Source of the DNA: Eledone cirrhosa
Lineage: Eukaryota
Length of the DNA stretch: 64,000 bases
Assembly (NCBI GenBank): GCA_964016885.1
Contig: OZ024740.1
Location: forward strand, 174,096,001-174,160,000
Reading direction: 5' to 3'
Positions within the stretch are counted from its first letter, which is position 1. Every line of letters starts with the position of its first letter. This document shows, one piece after another, positions 11,357-24,496 of the stretch. A model generated the notes under the pieces. The model saw only the letters and a list, made by a program, of their open reading frames with translations, was not told the origin of the DNA and did not search any database. Made by a program: the position numbers and the translations under genes.

Positions 11357-14045
11357 ATGCTGCCTAAAAAACTTACAAAACTGGAGCAACAAAGAGGAGA
11401 GAAACTAGACAAGCTGCCACGGAAGAATCTGCAAAGAAATGTCATCTAATCACAAGTTTTCTGAAAAGTCAACAGTCTTCGTCAACAAGTAGTGACGCAT
11501 CCCAAAGCAACGTAACTGCCGGAATTTCCGGCGAGTCGGTCTGATCAGATGAACTGGAGAAACAGAAAAGCACTGGAGAGTCACGAGAACCTGACGTCGA
11601 AGATGCCTCAGGTCCATCGACTATCTCAACAACCGTCGTAGTCACTGAAGATGTAGTTCCAACTGGGGATCCGAACTCAATAGAGGGAAAAATGGCTGTA
11701 TCGGAATCTGAAAATGAAAATGATTCTGAGGAAACTACATTGGCAAAACAAATCCCAGAGTATGAGCCAGTAGAATGCATGTTGAATTTACAAGAGAAGT
11801 ATCCAAGCGACCCGAAACATTTCGAGGACAGACCATTGACGACACCTCTAATTCGCACCCTCATGGCCGTTGGTCCTTGTCAGCCAGGATTGAAAGATAA
11901 TTTTGCTGATTTCCCTCTCGACTCGAACCACAGAAAATTCAACATCAGTTGGTACAAGAGAAAGTGTGCTGGAATCCATAAAGTTGATCGACACTGGTTA
12001 GTATATTCTCCTGAATCCAACAGACTATATTGCTTTTGTTGTTGGCTGTTTGCTGATAAAAATGCCGAATCTTACTCGAAGACTTGGCGTAATTCAGAGT
12101 GTGGGATGGCAAACTTCAAAAAGGGAATCGAAAAAATTGCCAAGCATGAGAAAAGTGCCATTCACATCAATGCACAAAAGCAATACTTCATGACAAAATA
12201 TCGTTTGGACGCAGATAAAACAGTGATCGATAACCTCATCCATGAAGAGAAGAAGCAAATTGAACGAAATCGCCAGATATTGAGGCGATTGCTTGATTGT
12301 ACGTTATTTCTCGCGAAACAAGGCCTGGCCTTCAGAGGTCACAGGGAATATGCTGGACTTGGCGCCAAATCAGAAAATGAAGGAAACTTTATTGAATTGT
12401 TGAAATTGATGGCCAAGTATGATACGATCTTGGAAAGCCATTTATTCTCGCCTGGGCGCACTAAAAGACAGCCTATGCACTTATGTCCAAAATTACAAAA
12501 CGAATTCATAGAATGCCTGGCAAACGAATGTACTCAACAAATAATCATGGAAGTGAAAGCGGCAAAATACTATTCAGTCATCGTCGATTCCACAATAGAC
12601 ATTTCGATATGTATCGAAAAGTGGCCACGCACAGGAGCATTTCCTGTCGTTTTGTGAACTAGAATCAGCAGCCACTGAATCATTTTACGATACGCTTGTG
12701 AAAGTTCTTTTCCAGGATCTATCCTTGGATGCTCAATATATTAGGGGACAAGTTAACGATGGAGCGTCGAATATGTCCGGCCATATTTCTGGGCTTCAGG
12801 CTAGAGTTAAAGAGAGATGCTCTTCGAAAGCTGTTTACGTTCACTGTTGCGCTCATAACCTGAACCTGGTGTTAATCAATGCTAGCCAATCGTCAGTGGA
12901 TGGTAAATTATTTTTTGGTATATTGGAGAGCCTGTATGTTTTCTTAACATCAAGCTTGCCAAGGCTGAAAATCCTTGAAGAAGAACAAGAAAAACTATTG
13001 ACTTCAACGGTATTAACATTAAAAAGACTCAGATACGCGCTGGTTTAGTCACATTCAGGCTGTAGAGGCTGCCATTAACAACTTACCGGCAGTAATAAGT
13101 GCACTAGAGAGGATATTAAGTGGGGATATTCACAACACTGCTCCGAAAGTATTAACCGAGGCCAGAGGTTTGCTACTAAATGTGAGCAAGTTTGAATTCA
13201 TTTTCATGTTGAAGTTTTTTCAGAATTTACTTAAAAAGCTGCTTTCTGTTTCACAATATTTGCAGAAGGAGGCTATCGACTTATATTCCTCAGAGGCCAT
13301 GATTAAAAATGTAGTAAAAGAAATTGAAGACATCCGCTCAAATGAATATTTTGACCGAACATTATCAGACGCTAAAAATCTCGCCGAGCAATGTCAAGTT
13401 GAACCAGAGTTTACAACAGAAAAACGAAAAAGAAAAAAGAAGCGTTTTCATGACGAAAATGCCAGTGACGAACCTCATGAGACGATGATTCAGAATTTTA
13501 AACGGGACGTTTATTTCACTATCTTAGATAGAGTCATTAGTAGCTTTAACGAACGTTTTGCCGACTTGCACGATCTAGTGAAGGATTTTTCGTGCTTGAT
13601 ACCGGCGCACTTCGACGACGACGACACATGCAATAGAGAGAGAATCGATAATCTTGTGAAATTCTACGTGGGTGACATCGAAAATGACACTATCTTCGAC
13701 GAGTATTTATCATTAAAAGATTTTTACAAGGAAGTGTGTTTAGATAAATCCATATCGAGTTCTGAGATCGTTCCGTTTATGATTTCTAATGACTTAGATA
13801 GAGCCTATCCGAACGTGTTTGCCTTATACAAAATGTTCATAACTATTCCGGTTAGCTCGGCGTAGGCTGAGCGAACCTTCAGCAGGCTCAAACTGATAAA
13901 GAATTATTTGCGTAGTACCATGAGTGAAGAGCGGTTGAATGCTCTGGCAATGATGTACATAGAGCGAGAACTGGCTGAAAATATTGACTTCAGCATCGTG
14001 AGTGAAACATTTTCTAAAGTAAAACATCGCAAATTAGAACTGTAG
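11357..14045 (+). pseudogene. hAT transposase (ZMYM1-like), disrupted
   Basis: ATG at 11357 then a frameshift. TTF-type zinc finger (WLVYS..LYCFCCWLF..HEKSAIH), DUF4371-like LAKQGLAFRGH..GNF, DSTID, DGASNMSG, VHCCAHNLNL, and dimerisation domain PVSSA*AERTFSRLKLIKNYLRSTMSEERLNALA. Several stops and frameshifts. Confidence 0.93.
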
Positions 14046-14449
14046 AACAAGTGATGTGCTCGAATGTGAAAGTAAAGTTTTAGATGGACGATTTGTTGTA
14101 CATACGAATTTTTGTTGTTGAATAATCGATTGCAAAACTAGTTTTATTGGATGTTTTTTTTTTTCTGAAGATAGACCACCGTCTTCGCAGTTAATAAAGT
14201 TTTCACGGAACATGCTAACTCTGTAATCTATGATGCTGTCTACTCTATTATAAATTATTATTTATTCTATATGCGTGTATGAACATATTTCCTTGCAGCC
14301 GATGGAAATGAGCATATGGAATTGGTGGGCCCCCTTTAGATCGAATTTCCCCCCCCCCGGCTTTAAAAGCTAGTTATGCCACTGGTTTTCATTAAGTGGC
14401 TGTATTAACATGTTCCGTTAAAGTCTGCAAAATGGACATGTGTTTACAA

Positions 14450-14650
<201 letters not shown>

Positions 14651-14653
<3 letters not shown>

Positions 14654-14811
14654 AAAATGTTTAACCCGACGGCAGAGCTCAAGCCGTTTCAACGACTATT
14701 TCTGGACGAGTCGGGGGTCTTGAACATTTTTTTATTACCAACTCTACTACCGTAAGTATTGAGTACTCTGGTACTTTATGGTCCATCTGGTTCCTTACCA
14801 CAATTTCTTTG

Positions 14812-14812
<1 letters not shown>
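14651..14812 (+). mobile_element. Diverged PLE pseudo-LTR fragment (inverted part + direct 3' end) in (TA)n
   Basis: Homologous to 17244-17300 (inverted part) and to 19940-20040 (direct tail); flanked by (TA)n on both sides. Confidence 0.8.
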
Positions 14813-14875
<63 letters not shown>

Positions 14876-16525
14876 ATGTATATATATATATACACACATA
14901 CACATACATACGTATATACACATATATACACATTCTTCTATAGAATACGTATATGGTATATATACACAATTTACCGATATGTGGCTCCCTCCCTCTCAAT
15001 ATAAACACATATATTTCTATTACGTTGCATATGGTTTCAAATAAAAAAGAACTACCAGTTAATTGAAAATATCATTAGTTTCCTGTTCTGAAATACAATT
15101 GTTATCTTACTTCCCGCCAGGTTAGGTGTTATTTTGCAATATGTAAATATAATGTATTCTTGATTGATTTCTTTGTAACAAGATTCTTCTGTTAAACGAA
15201 AAAATATATAATAGATTCATTGAGCCCCAGTGTATTATGGAGAATTTTCCAATAGAACATATTAAAAGGAAAGGCGAAACTGACTTTGGCAGATTATTTT
15301 TGCAGAATCACGATATACTGAACTAAATTCAGCAATGTCTAGTGCGACCATATACATTAACACTACTTTATAAAACGAACGGAGAGTAAAGAAATGAGAC
15401 CGCTCAATACTAAAGAAAATGGCTTTTATAGGTCGGTGTTTGGAAGATAACTTAACAAAAGTTCACATATAAAATATGATGGAAAATCTTATGATAGATA
15501 TGAACTCTTTAAAACAAATATTTTGTGTCGTAGAATTTGAGGCGGTTTCAGGCGTTTTTTTTTTTAAATCAGAAAGGTTAAGCACTTAGAGTGCCTAATC
15601 TATGCTAGAATAGGTGGTTACTTTCTGACTAATGTCGCTAGAAGGACTGAACACTTTCTAAATATATTTTTCTCATTAAATTTGAAATTTTCACCTACCA
15701 CTGTAAAATGGAAAAGATGTGCTCTGTATCCTTTAACCACCGCTATGTTGTATCCGTAGCTAAAATTCTTATTTAACAAGAACCATGTTTACGAAGCTCT
15801 AAGTTAGTAGGTACTATAAAGCAGTGTGGTTTAGCGTTGTAGCCATTGATAACACCATAAAACAGATGAGTGCTCTCTTTATGCTGTTGTCAAGTCTTTT
15901 TGTGATCGTTTAGAACAAAGGTTCCACGGGGGCGTTTCGTAGCTCCAGGGCGGCGTTTTGCAGCAAGGGGACGTTGGGGGGGGGGGGGGGGGGGACGTTG
16001 GGGGGGGGGGGGGGGCGTTTGAAGCTTTTGGGGCGCTGGAAGCCACTTTAGTTTAGTAAGTTTTATGAGTCATATTTGTAGGTCTCTTAGACAGCCAGTG
16101 TGAATGCATTTGAATGAAGAAAACAAAGAAAATAAATAAAAGAAGCTTGTCAATGAATTCCCTAGGGAGATAAAAAAAAAACAAAAGAAATCAAAGAAAA
16201 TGAACATAAGACATCAACTATGACAACAGTTACAAGAACAACTTCAACAGAAATGACAACAAAAAGAAGCAATGGTGATGAAAGGGGTGTGTGTATACAT
16301 ATACATACATACGAACATACACACACATGCATACGTACATACATGCATACATACACACACATATATATATACACGCACACAGGCCTGCGTTAGTGTTTGA
16401 TGAGGTTGAGAACCTGGTCAGCTTTCAGCCAGAGCTGTGGTATTTAATCTCCCTAGGTAATCAAATCTGGAGACAGAATTTTCTCCTTACCAAAAAACCC
16501 CCCATAAATAATCATGTCAAAATCA

Positions 16526-16626
16526 TTACACACTTAAATATAAATGCATGTATATATACAAATGTATAAATGCATAGCTATATACACACATAAATGTATG
16601 TATGTATATATGTATGTATGTAGATT

Positions 16627-16677
<51 letters not shown>

Positions 16678-16775
16678 CTACATGCATACATATATGCATA
16701 CATGCATATACGTATGTATATAGCTATTTATTTATACATTTGTATATATACATGCATTTATATTTAAGTGTGTAA
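16526..16775. repeat. ~250-bp imperfect palindrome centred on (TA)n
   Basis: Arms TTACACACTTAAATATAAATGCATG... / ...CATGCATTTATATTTAAGTGTGTAA. The ORF track shows the same peptide THLNINACIYTNV on both strands. Confidence 0.9.
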
Positions 16776-16806
16776 GGATATATATATATGTGTGTGTGTG
16801 CGTATG

Positions 16807-16837
<31 letters not shown>

Positions 16838-17184
16838 ATACACACACACATATATATATATTTTCTTTTTTCAGTCTGTTCTACCATGTTTGAGCCCCTT
16901 GTTGGAGATAGAGAGATAGATAGACGTGTACCAAACACACATTTCTTACTCTCTCTGTCCTTCCCTCTTTCTCTCTTCATTTATATATATATATATATGG
17001 CGTTGTTATTTGGCGTTGTTGAAAAGAGCAGTGGCCTTTGACCTGGCAATAAAAACTGGAGACAAATTCTTTCTGTACCCAAACCAAGGCACACACAAGT
17101 TTGTGTGTGTATATGTATGTGTGTGTGTGTGCGTGTGTACGCGTTTATGTGTGTGTGTGTGCGTGCGTGCGCGTTTATGTGTGT

Positions 17185-17224
<40 letters not shown>

Positions 17225-17389
17225 CTATCTAAGTATATATATAGGAACCAGTAAGACCCCGACGGCTGAGCTCAAGCCGTTTCGACGGCTAATTCTGGAC
17301 TAAATGAAAATTTAACCTGGTATTTGAATAGCCGTGCTAATTCCATATATGGTCAAAGTGATTGTCAAAAGTCAGTAGTAATTCGGTGA

Positions 17390-18700
17390 TTGCAAATCAC
17401 CGACCAGGAAAGAAAAATCATCCTCCACGCCAGGAAGACAGTCTTACTCTTTGACGACTCCAAATGGATAAAAAGAGCTCCCGACTCACCCTTCGACGTC
17501 AGCATGGGCGCCACGGATTCGGCGGAGGTCACAGATCTTATAGGATTATTCCTAATAGCCAAACTCACCGATATGTTTCCTGCATTCGGTGGTGGATTGT
17601 ACCGTGATGATGGGCTCCTTACCCTTAAAGGGTACAGCCCCAGTAGTACAGATCGGGTCCGGAAACAATTAATCAGCTTCTTCCGCGACTGGGGATTTAA
17701 AATAACCCTACAAACGTCCCTGACCCGAGTAAACTTCCTGGACGTGACCCTCGACCTCGAAAACGACCTGTACTACCCATACAGGAAACCTAACGACAAC
17801 CTGCACTACATCCACCGCCGATCAAACCATCCTAGGAACATCACCAACAACCTGGTCAAAAACATCTCCCTCCGCATATCCCGTTTGTCAGCTAATGAGC
17901 GGATATTCGATGAACATGCACCTTATTACAACCAGGCCCTCAAGCGGAGTGGTTTCCGGGAGGAAATATCCTACTGTCCAGCTCCCATTAGCGGAACCAG
18001 CAGGAGACACCGCCGCTCACGCACTGTAACATGGTTCAATCCTCCCCACAACGCAGAGGTGACAACTCCCATCGGGAAACTATTCTTTAGGCTCATTGAA
18101 AAACACTTCCCACTACAACACCGCTACCACAACATAATTAACAAAAATACCATCAAACTCTCTTACAGCACTACACCAAACTTCGCACAAAACATCGTCT
18201 CCTCTAACAACAAAAAACTCAACCCCGATGGCAGAAATAACCTAAATAGCAGTGGAGAGCCGACCAGGAGGTGCAACTGTCCGGATAGATCCATTTGCCC
18301 ACTCGACAATAGATGCAGAGACCGTAATGTGATCTACCAGTGCAACGTGAAGACGGACACCTCCAACAAAGCTTATATAGGACTAACCGCATGTGACTTC
18401 AAGACCCGGCTATACCAACATAGACATACCTTCCGAAACCCGGCCCGGCGTCACGCCACTACACTTTCGGGCCACATATGGGACCTCAAGGACAACAACA
18501 TCACCTATGATCTCACTTGGAGATTACTGTCCAGAGTCAATTCTTACACGGGAGGACGCCGTCCGTGCAATTAATGCTCGGAGGAAACTTTACAAATGCT
18601 GTTTTCGACGGACCAACTCCTAAACAAGAAAGATGAACTGGTTACTGCATGTAAACATAGATACATAGATTGCGTAGGACTTACCTCGCCCTCAAACCCC
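17390..18700 (+). pseudogene. PLE polyprotein, C-terminal part: RT (motifs B'-E, thumb) + GIY-YIG endonuclease (Hydra-clade-like)
   Basis: SMGA, LYRDDGL, NFLDVTL, YRKP, SNHP, WFNPP, CNCx5Cx5C linker, NVIY..YIGLT..FKTRLYQH, LSGHIW. In-frame TAA at 18572 interrupts CN(L)CSEE..LLNKKDELVTACKH. RT N-terminus absent; 3' end approximate. Confidence 0.9.
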
Positions 18701-19460
18701 ATAATGACCCGGGGGGGGGGGAGACTAGGGCTATAACACCCCACTTGCCGATTTTGCAATGGGTAACCCCTGCTTGCTAAGGGAGACGTAAGATCTTCTT
18801 TTTATTCTTTTATCGCTTCCTTTATTTCCTTCTTCCCCCCATCCCTCCTTAGTCCTTCTACCCCAGTTCTTCTTCTTTGTCGGCGTCTTTTCTCGCCCAC
18901 CCGAGGCTGCCCTTTGGCCCCTTGTAGCCTCAGTACCCCACCCCTCCCCTAGTCTACGATAGATTTGGCGGACTCCGCTTTTTATAGCAGTTGTGTTAGA
19001 CCTCGGATACTTGCCCCCCCTTTTCCGACCGCTCCCACTATTTTCCGTGCCTTCTATATTTCTTAGTGGCACTTATGCCTTATTCTCTCGTTTCAGTATT
19101 TCTTTCTCCTCTTTTCTTTTGGGCGGGGTGGATTCTGAATTTATTTTTCCGTATTCTACCTTTACTTCGTACGAACTTTCATGTAGCTTGTATAAGATCT
19201 TTTAGAGTTAGCATTAGTATATATTTTTTTCGGGACTCAGAATTATTATCTCGTACTAGTTTACTTTGCTGCACTGGGTGGTTGCTGGCATTGTGCCCGG
19301 GATAGAAACCTTTATTATTTATTTCGTGGTAGTTTCTTTAGCTTTTTGGCCCCATTTGTTGACCCGTCACCGTATGATTTACGTACTTATACCTCTTAAA
19401 AGGGTCCTTGCCTATTCCGTCCCACCTAGTTTATTTACTTATTTCGTTATTTCTTTATTC

Positions 19461-19503
<43 letters not shown>

Positions 19504-19853
19504 TATTTATTTATCTAGCCTAACAATAGCTAGACACTTAGGTCGTAGAACTTGCTTTACTTTTTTTCTTTACACTTATTCGCTTTTCATCACTCTCAGT
19601 ATTTTTTCTTTCATATATATATTTTTACCCCTCATTGTTCTACCTACCGCCCCGACTTCCTCCCCCTCCCCTCCCCAGTATCTTCTTTGACCTCATGCCC
19701 AGCTGTAGCTGGCACTACCAACGCATGATTGGGTCTACTCCAACCCATCCCCTTTTTCTCATACTGGCAGGTTTAGCCACCATCTCCCCTACTAATTTGC
19801 AATCACCGAATTACTACTGACTTTTGACAATCACTTTGACCATATATGGAATT

Positions 19854-19947
19854 ACCCCTTGAGAAACTCGGCTATTTAAATACCAGGTTAAATTTTCATT
19901 TAGTCCAGAATTAGCCGTCGAAACGGCTTGAGCTCAGCCGTCGGGGT
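19854..19947 (+). ncRNA. Type I hammerhead-like ribozyme, atypical core (UUGAGAA)
   Basis: Stem I ACCCC/GGGGT; core TTGAGAA; stem II CGGCTA/TAGCCG; GAAA; stem III ACGGCT/AGCCGT; GTC triplet at 19940-19942. Confidence 0.65.
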
Positions 19948-20315
19948 CTTACTGGATCCTATTACCCACTCTACTACCCTAAGTATTAAGTACTTTGGTG
20001 CGTTATGGTCCACCTGGTTCCTTACCACATTTCCTTCGTTAAGTATATATATATATATAAGGGATACAGATATGGCTTTCTCACTGTCTCCAAGCTTCTC
20101 AATTCATTCGTTGCTAAGTATTTTATTTTGCTACGAGGTATTTTATTTTGCAAGGTACTATTTTTCCCCTGAGTTAGTGATTTCAGAGAAAGGTAAGAAA
20201 TTCTTCATATTTTGCATCTTTTGTATTTTGACTTTACAGTTTGAATTGTAGAATTGTCTATCCACTCAAAATATTACAACAGCTAACGGTGAAATATAGA
20301 ATTTAAAATAAAATA

Positions 20316-20415
20316 TTTTTTCGACTGAGATCAAATCTTTTTTCAAAAATATATAATTTGATATTTCAAATTATATATTTTTGAAAAAAAAAAGATTTGA
20401 TCTCAGTCGAAAAAA
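20316..20415. repeat. ~100-bp near-perfect palindrome
   Basis: TTTTTTCGACTGAGATCAAATCTTT...CAAAAATATATAATTTGA / TCAAATTATATATTTTTG...AAAGATTTGATCTCAGTCGAAAAAA. Confidence 0.92.
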
Positions 20416-21108
20416 CCTTTTTTGGTTTTTGTTTTGGACTGAAACTTTTTGGTATTTAATTCGTGGTAGTATTTTTTAAAGATTCTAACAACTTGATTTG
20501 GCCAAGTAATCTACTGATATCAAAATCAGTAGTATATGGAAAAATAGGGTAGGTGGCGTTTCGTGATTTCGAGGAGAAAAAAGGGGGCGTTTGGCCGAAA
20601 TGGGCTGAGAACCTTTGGTTTAGAAGGCTACTGGTGAAACACAGTAGCCAACTATCACCAACATCATAATGGTTGACTGCTGGATCTTAGTATCAACAAC
20701 TTTACATTTTACCTTACAACAATGCATATATATAAACGTAATAAAATCTTCATTGCATAGACTTACGGCACTGAGTTCAAATAAGCTAACTAATCTGATA
20801 ACTGACATTCTTTAGCAGAGAGGAAGTTGTTTTCAGTTGCTTAATGTCACGGAAGGATGCCTCTCAAGATCAGAGAAAATATACAATAATCTGTTGTGAA
20901 ATCTTCTTAAACAGTACTTGCAGCAAACCAGATTTTTTCATTCTATCTATATATCTGGCGAATCGCAGGAAAAAACGGAATTCAATGAAGGATTGTAGGA
21001 GGTTGTTTAGAGTAGTGAGGAAATGAGGAGTAGGAATTCTACATGAATTTGCATTATATTTGTTGAACACGGGTCCAAATTGCCCACGTGAGAAAATATC
21101 CAAATTTG

Positions 21109-21190
<82 letters not shown>

Positions 21191-21812
21191 AAAGCAAAAT
21201 ATTGAGAGGAATAGAAACGGAGATGTGGAGAGAGATATTTATTTAAGAAAAAAAAAAAACACTCGGTAACAAAATTGTGTACTTGAAACCAAATTATAGC
21301 AAATCTTGAGTGACAGTTTTAATAGTCTGACATTTCTGCATTTGAATCTATGACCTTTCGTATAGGGAGAAGGATTTTAACAAATAGTGTATGCCTTCTA
21401 TATGCACATAAGACGGTGACTTGATAGGGGCGTGCTGGATAGAATGCCGAACTGCATTTGTTCCGGCCCATAACGCTTTGCGTTCAAAATCCTGATGGGA
21501 CCCACTTTGTCTTGTATCCTCCTGAGTTCGATAAATAGACTAACTATCAGTCAAATAATTTTGTCGATGCTTCTTTGTGTCTCTCTCTTGAAAACGCATT
21601 AAGAAAGGGTGTTTATGGGAGACCATTCACTCCATAGCGCATGCTTCCCCGAAGGCCTCTTAGAAATGTTGAATTGCCATCAAAACCATCCAAAGAACGT
21701 GCGCTTGTGTAGCACACACGGATAGGACAGTAATGATAAATATATATGAATTTAATTTATTGCCTAATTAAAGATTCAGCTGTCACGTCGGCGAATAAGA
21801 CTGCAAATTATT

Positions 21813-21988
21813 AGTATCAGTAGAGGGTCGGACGCCATGCTTTGATGCAAAGAGTTACGTCCCTTTACGATCTGAGTTCAAATCCCGCCGAGGTTAACTT
21901 TGCCTTTCATCCATACGGGGTCGATAAAATAAAGTACCAGTAATGTACTGGGATAATTGCTGGCCTTGTGCCAAATGTAGAAACAATT
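21813..21988 (+). mobile_element. SINE family A
   Basis: Close match to 7756-7942. Confidence 0.88.
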
Positions 21989-22378
21989 ATATTCTCTAAA
22001 TGATGGAAAGAAAAAGAAAAGAAATGAAAAGCTCAAAATGGCATGCCCATCTCTGTAATATACTTCCGAACCCTAGGTATCAGACCTCCCAACCTCTAAA
22101 TATCCAAACAGGAAGTACCATGAAAAAAAGTGCCCGCAAATGGGAAGAAATGAGGCAAAATGGGGAGATTTTATATAATGAAAGCTATACCCAGTTTCAT
22201 ACGAGAAGACATATCTCAGTCACCCCAAAATGAGTGGGAGATCTCTCCGTCGGACGGGGGGATTTGACAGATCTGTTTTTCTGAAATGTGCGATATTTAT
22301 TTTACTTTAAAAAAATGTGGTTATTAGTTCATAAGCCATTATTTTACTACGGAATAAGAAATATTTGTGTTTAATAAG

Positions 22379-22437
<59 letters not shown>

Positions 22438-22702
22438 CAGTGGCAGACTGGGTCTAAAAATATTGGGTGCCAGGAGATGAAGGGGGGGGGGGGGCGCACC
22501 TATTTATAGAATGGTATTATTTAATTTTTATAATGAATAAATAACATTTTCGAAAAATACATAAGTGGAAACAAAACAGTGCAATGAAATTTTTTCGGAA
22601 AAATATCTTACCTTCTCCAATAAAAAATATTATGCATTTTGCGAAATCCAGAGACTTTCAATAATGACCTTTGGTCTTTCACACTCATTCAATATATATT
22701 AG

Positions 22703-23261
<559 letters not shown>

Positions 23262-23875
23262 TCTAATGGTAGCTAAGATGCTTCCATAGGCGGTATGCCA
23301 GTTGAGCACTCTATGCTCCTACGGAGCAGAGTGTGATAGAATGGAAAAACTAAAAATCAGTGATGCACCGGAACTCAATTTATTGCGTATTACAATTGTT
23401 TCCCCGGTGAACAGCTCGAGGTGCGATCTGTGTGTGGATCGACCTGACTCTGGATTCACTGGTTCCTCGGACACGTCTATTGATTTCGGAGCATGTCCTC
23501 TTTCCGGGGTTTCTGACCCTACGGGTCTATATCGTCCACCTTCATCCTCTATGCGAGTCCTTGGGTTGGTCACTGGTTAGTGACGTCATCATAATTCTGA
23601 CCACTGGTAGCAGCCCGCTGACCATCAGGGCGTGAGCTGTCACTCACCCACTGTCCCGTCGGCAAAATTACTGCTGTCTTTGCCTGCTCACACTCCCACG
23701 CGCACACACACACACACACAAATTCACAGAGATACGAACAGATACATACAGAGTAGCTTGTGTGCTTACGTTCACACATGTACTCACAGAAGCATACACA
23801 CATATCCATATATACACATATAAAAAGTCACACAAATATACGCATACATGCACACAGAGAGGCACACACAGAGAG

Positions 23876-23953
<78 letters not shown>

Positions 23954-24193
23954 GGGCGCGCGTGTATATATGCACGCATACACACACATACACCCATACA
24001 CTTACCTGTTTATATACATACACACACAGACGTACACATACCTACATATACGCGCACAGATATATATACATACATACACATACATATACACATACGCACA
24101 ATTGCACATATATATGTATATATACACATACATATACATATATACACCTACCCACACGCCCACACACACGTATACACACATACATCTACACAC

Positions 24194-24246
<53 letters not shown>

Positions 24247-24414
24247 AGAATTAATATCTAGTAACATATATATACATACAGATGCATATCAATGCTAGCA
24301 AATATATAGGTTTTGTCTTAGTAACTTTGTGGTTCAATGCATGGGGTTGCAGAACAATAATATGAGAGACGTAAAATAAGAAAATTATAAAATTAACTTA
24401 CTTACTAAAATATC

Positions 24415-24496
24415 ACTTCCAACTAATTAGTTTCTGGAATGGAATACATATATTTTCCGAAGAAGATACAGAGAATCATTCCGTCGTCAGGGAAGT
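24415..24496 (-). ncRNA. Type I hammerhead ribozyme (copy 1)
   Basis: Reverse complement of 25250-25331. Confidence 0.75.

Larger units (their letters stand above)
10140..14384 (+). mobile_element. hAT DNA transposon (Tip100/ZMYM1-like), full length, 4245 bp
   Basis: TIR CAGTGGCGTAACTA (10140-10153) vs TAGTTATGCCACTG (14371-14384), one mismatch. Perfect 8-bp TSD GTTTTCAT at 10132-10139 and 14385-14392. GGTGGGCCCC subterminal motif near both ends. Confidence 0.95.
17244..20040 (+). mobile_element. 5'-truncated Penelope-like retroelement with inverted pseudo-LTR
   Basis: 17244-17397 is the reverse complement of 19795-19959. TSD AAGTATATATATA at 17231-17243 and 20041-20053. RT + GIY-YIG ORF lies inside. 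Confidence 0.92.
15916..20617. mobile_element. Non-autonomous Charlie/Buster-type hAT element hosting a nested PLE
   Basis: TIR CAAAGGTTC (15916-15924) / GAACCTTTG (20609-20617). Identical 8-bp TSD GTTTAGAA (15908-15915, 20618-20625) with central TA as in Buster/Charlie. GGGGGCGTT subterminal repeats at both ends. Confidence 0.8.

Noticed and set aside
11692-13865. Domesticated host ZMYM1-like gene
   Set aside because: Intact TIRs and TSD plus multiple stops and frameshifts indicate a dead transposon copy.
18572-18574. Recoded stop (selenocysteine, as in some Naiad PLEs)
   Set aside because: The stop is TAA, not TGA, and sits at an expected Leu. The endonuclease is C-terminal, unlike Naiad.
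22081-22275. hAT-type MITE (CAGACCTCCCAAC...TTGACAGATCTG)
   Set aside because: The TIRs are imperfect and there is no matching 8-bp TSD, so it cannot be supported.
22438-22640. Another hAT left end (CAGTGGCAGACTGG)
   Set aside because: No partner TIR or TSD was found.
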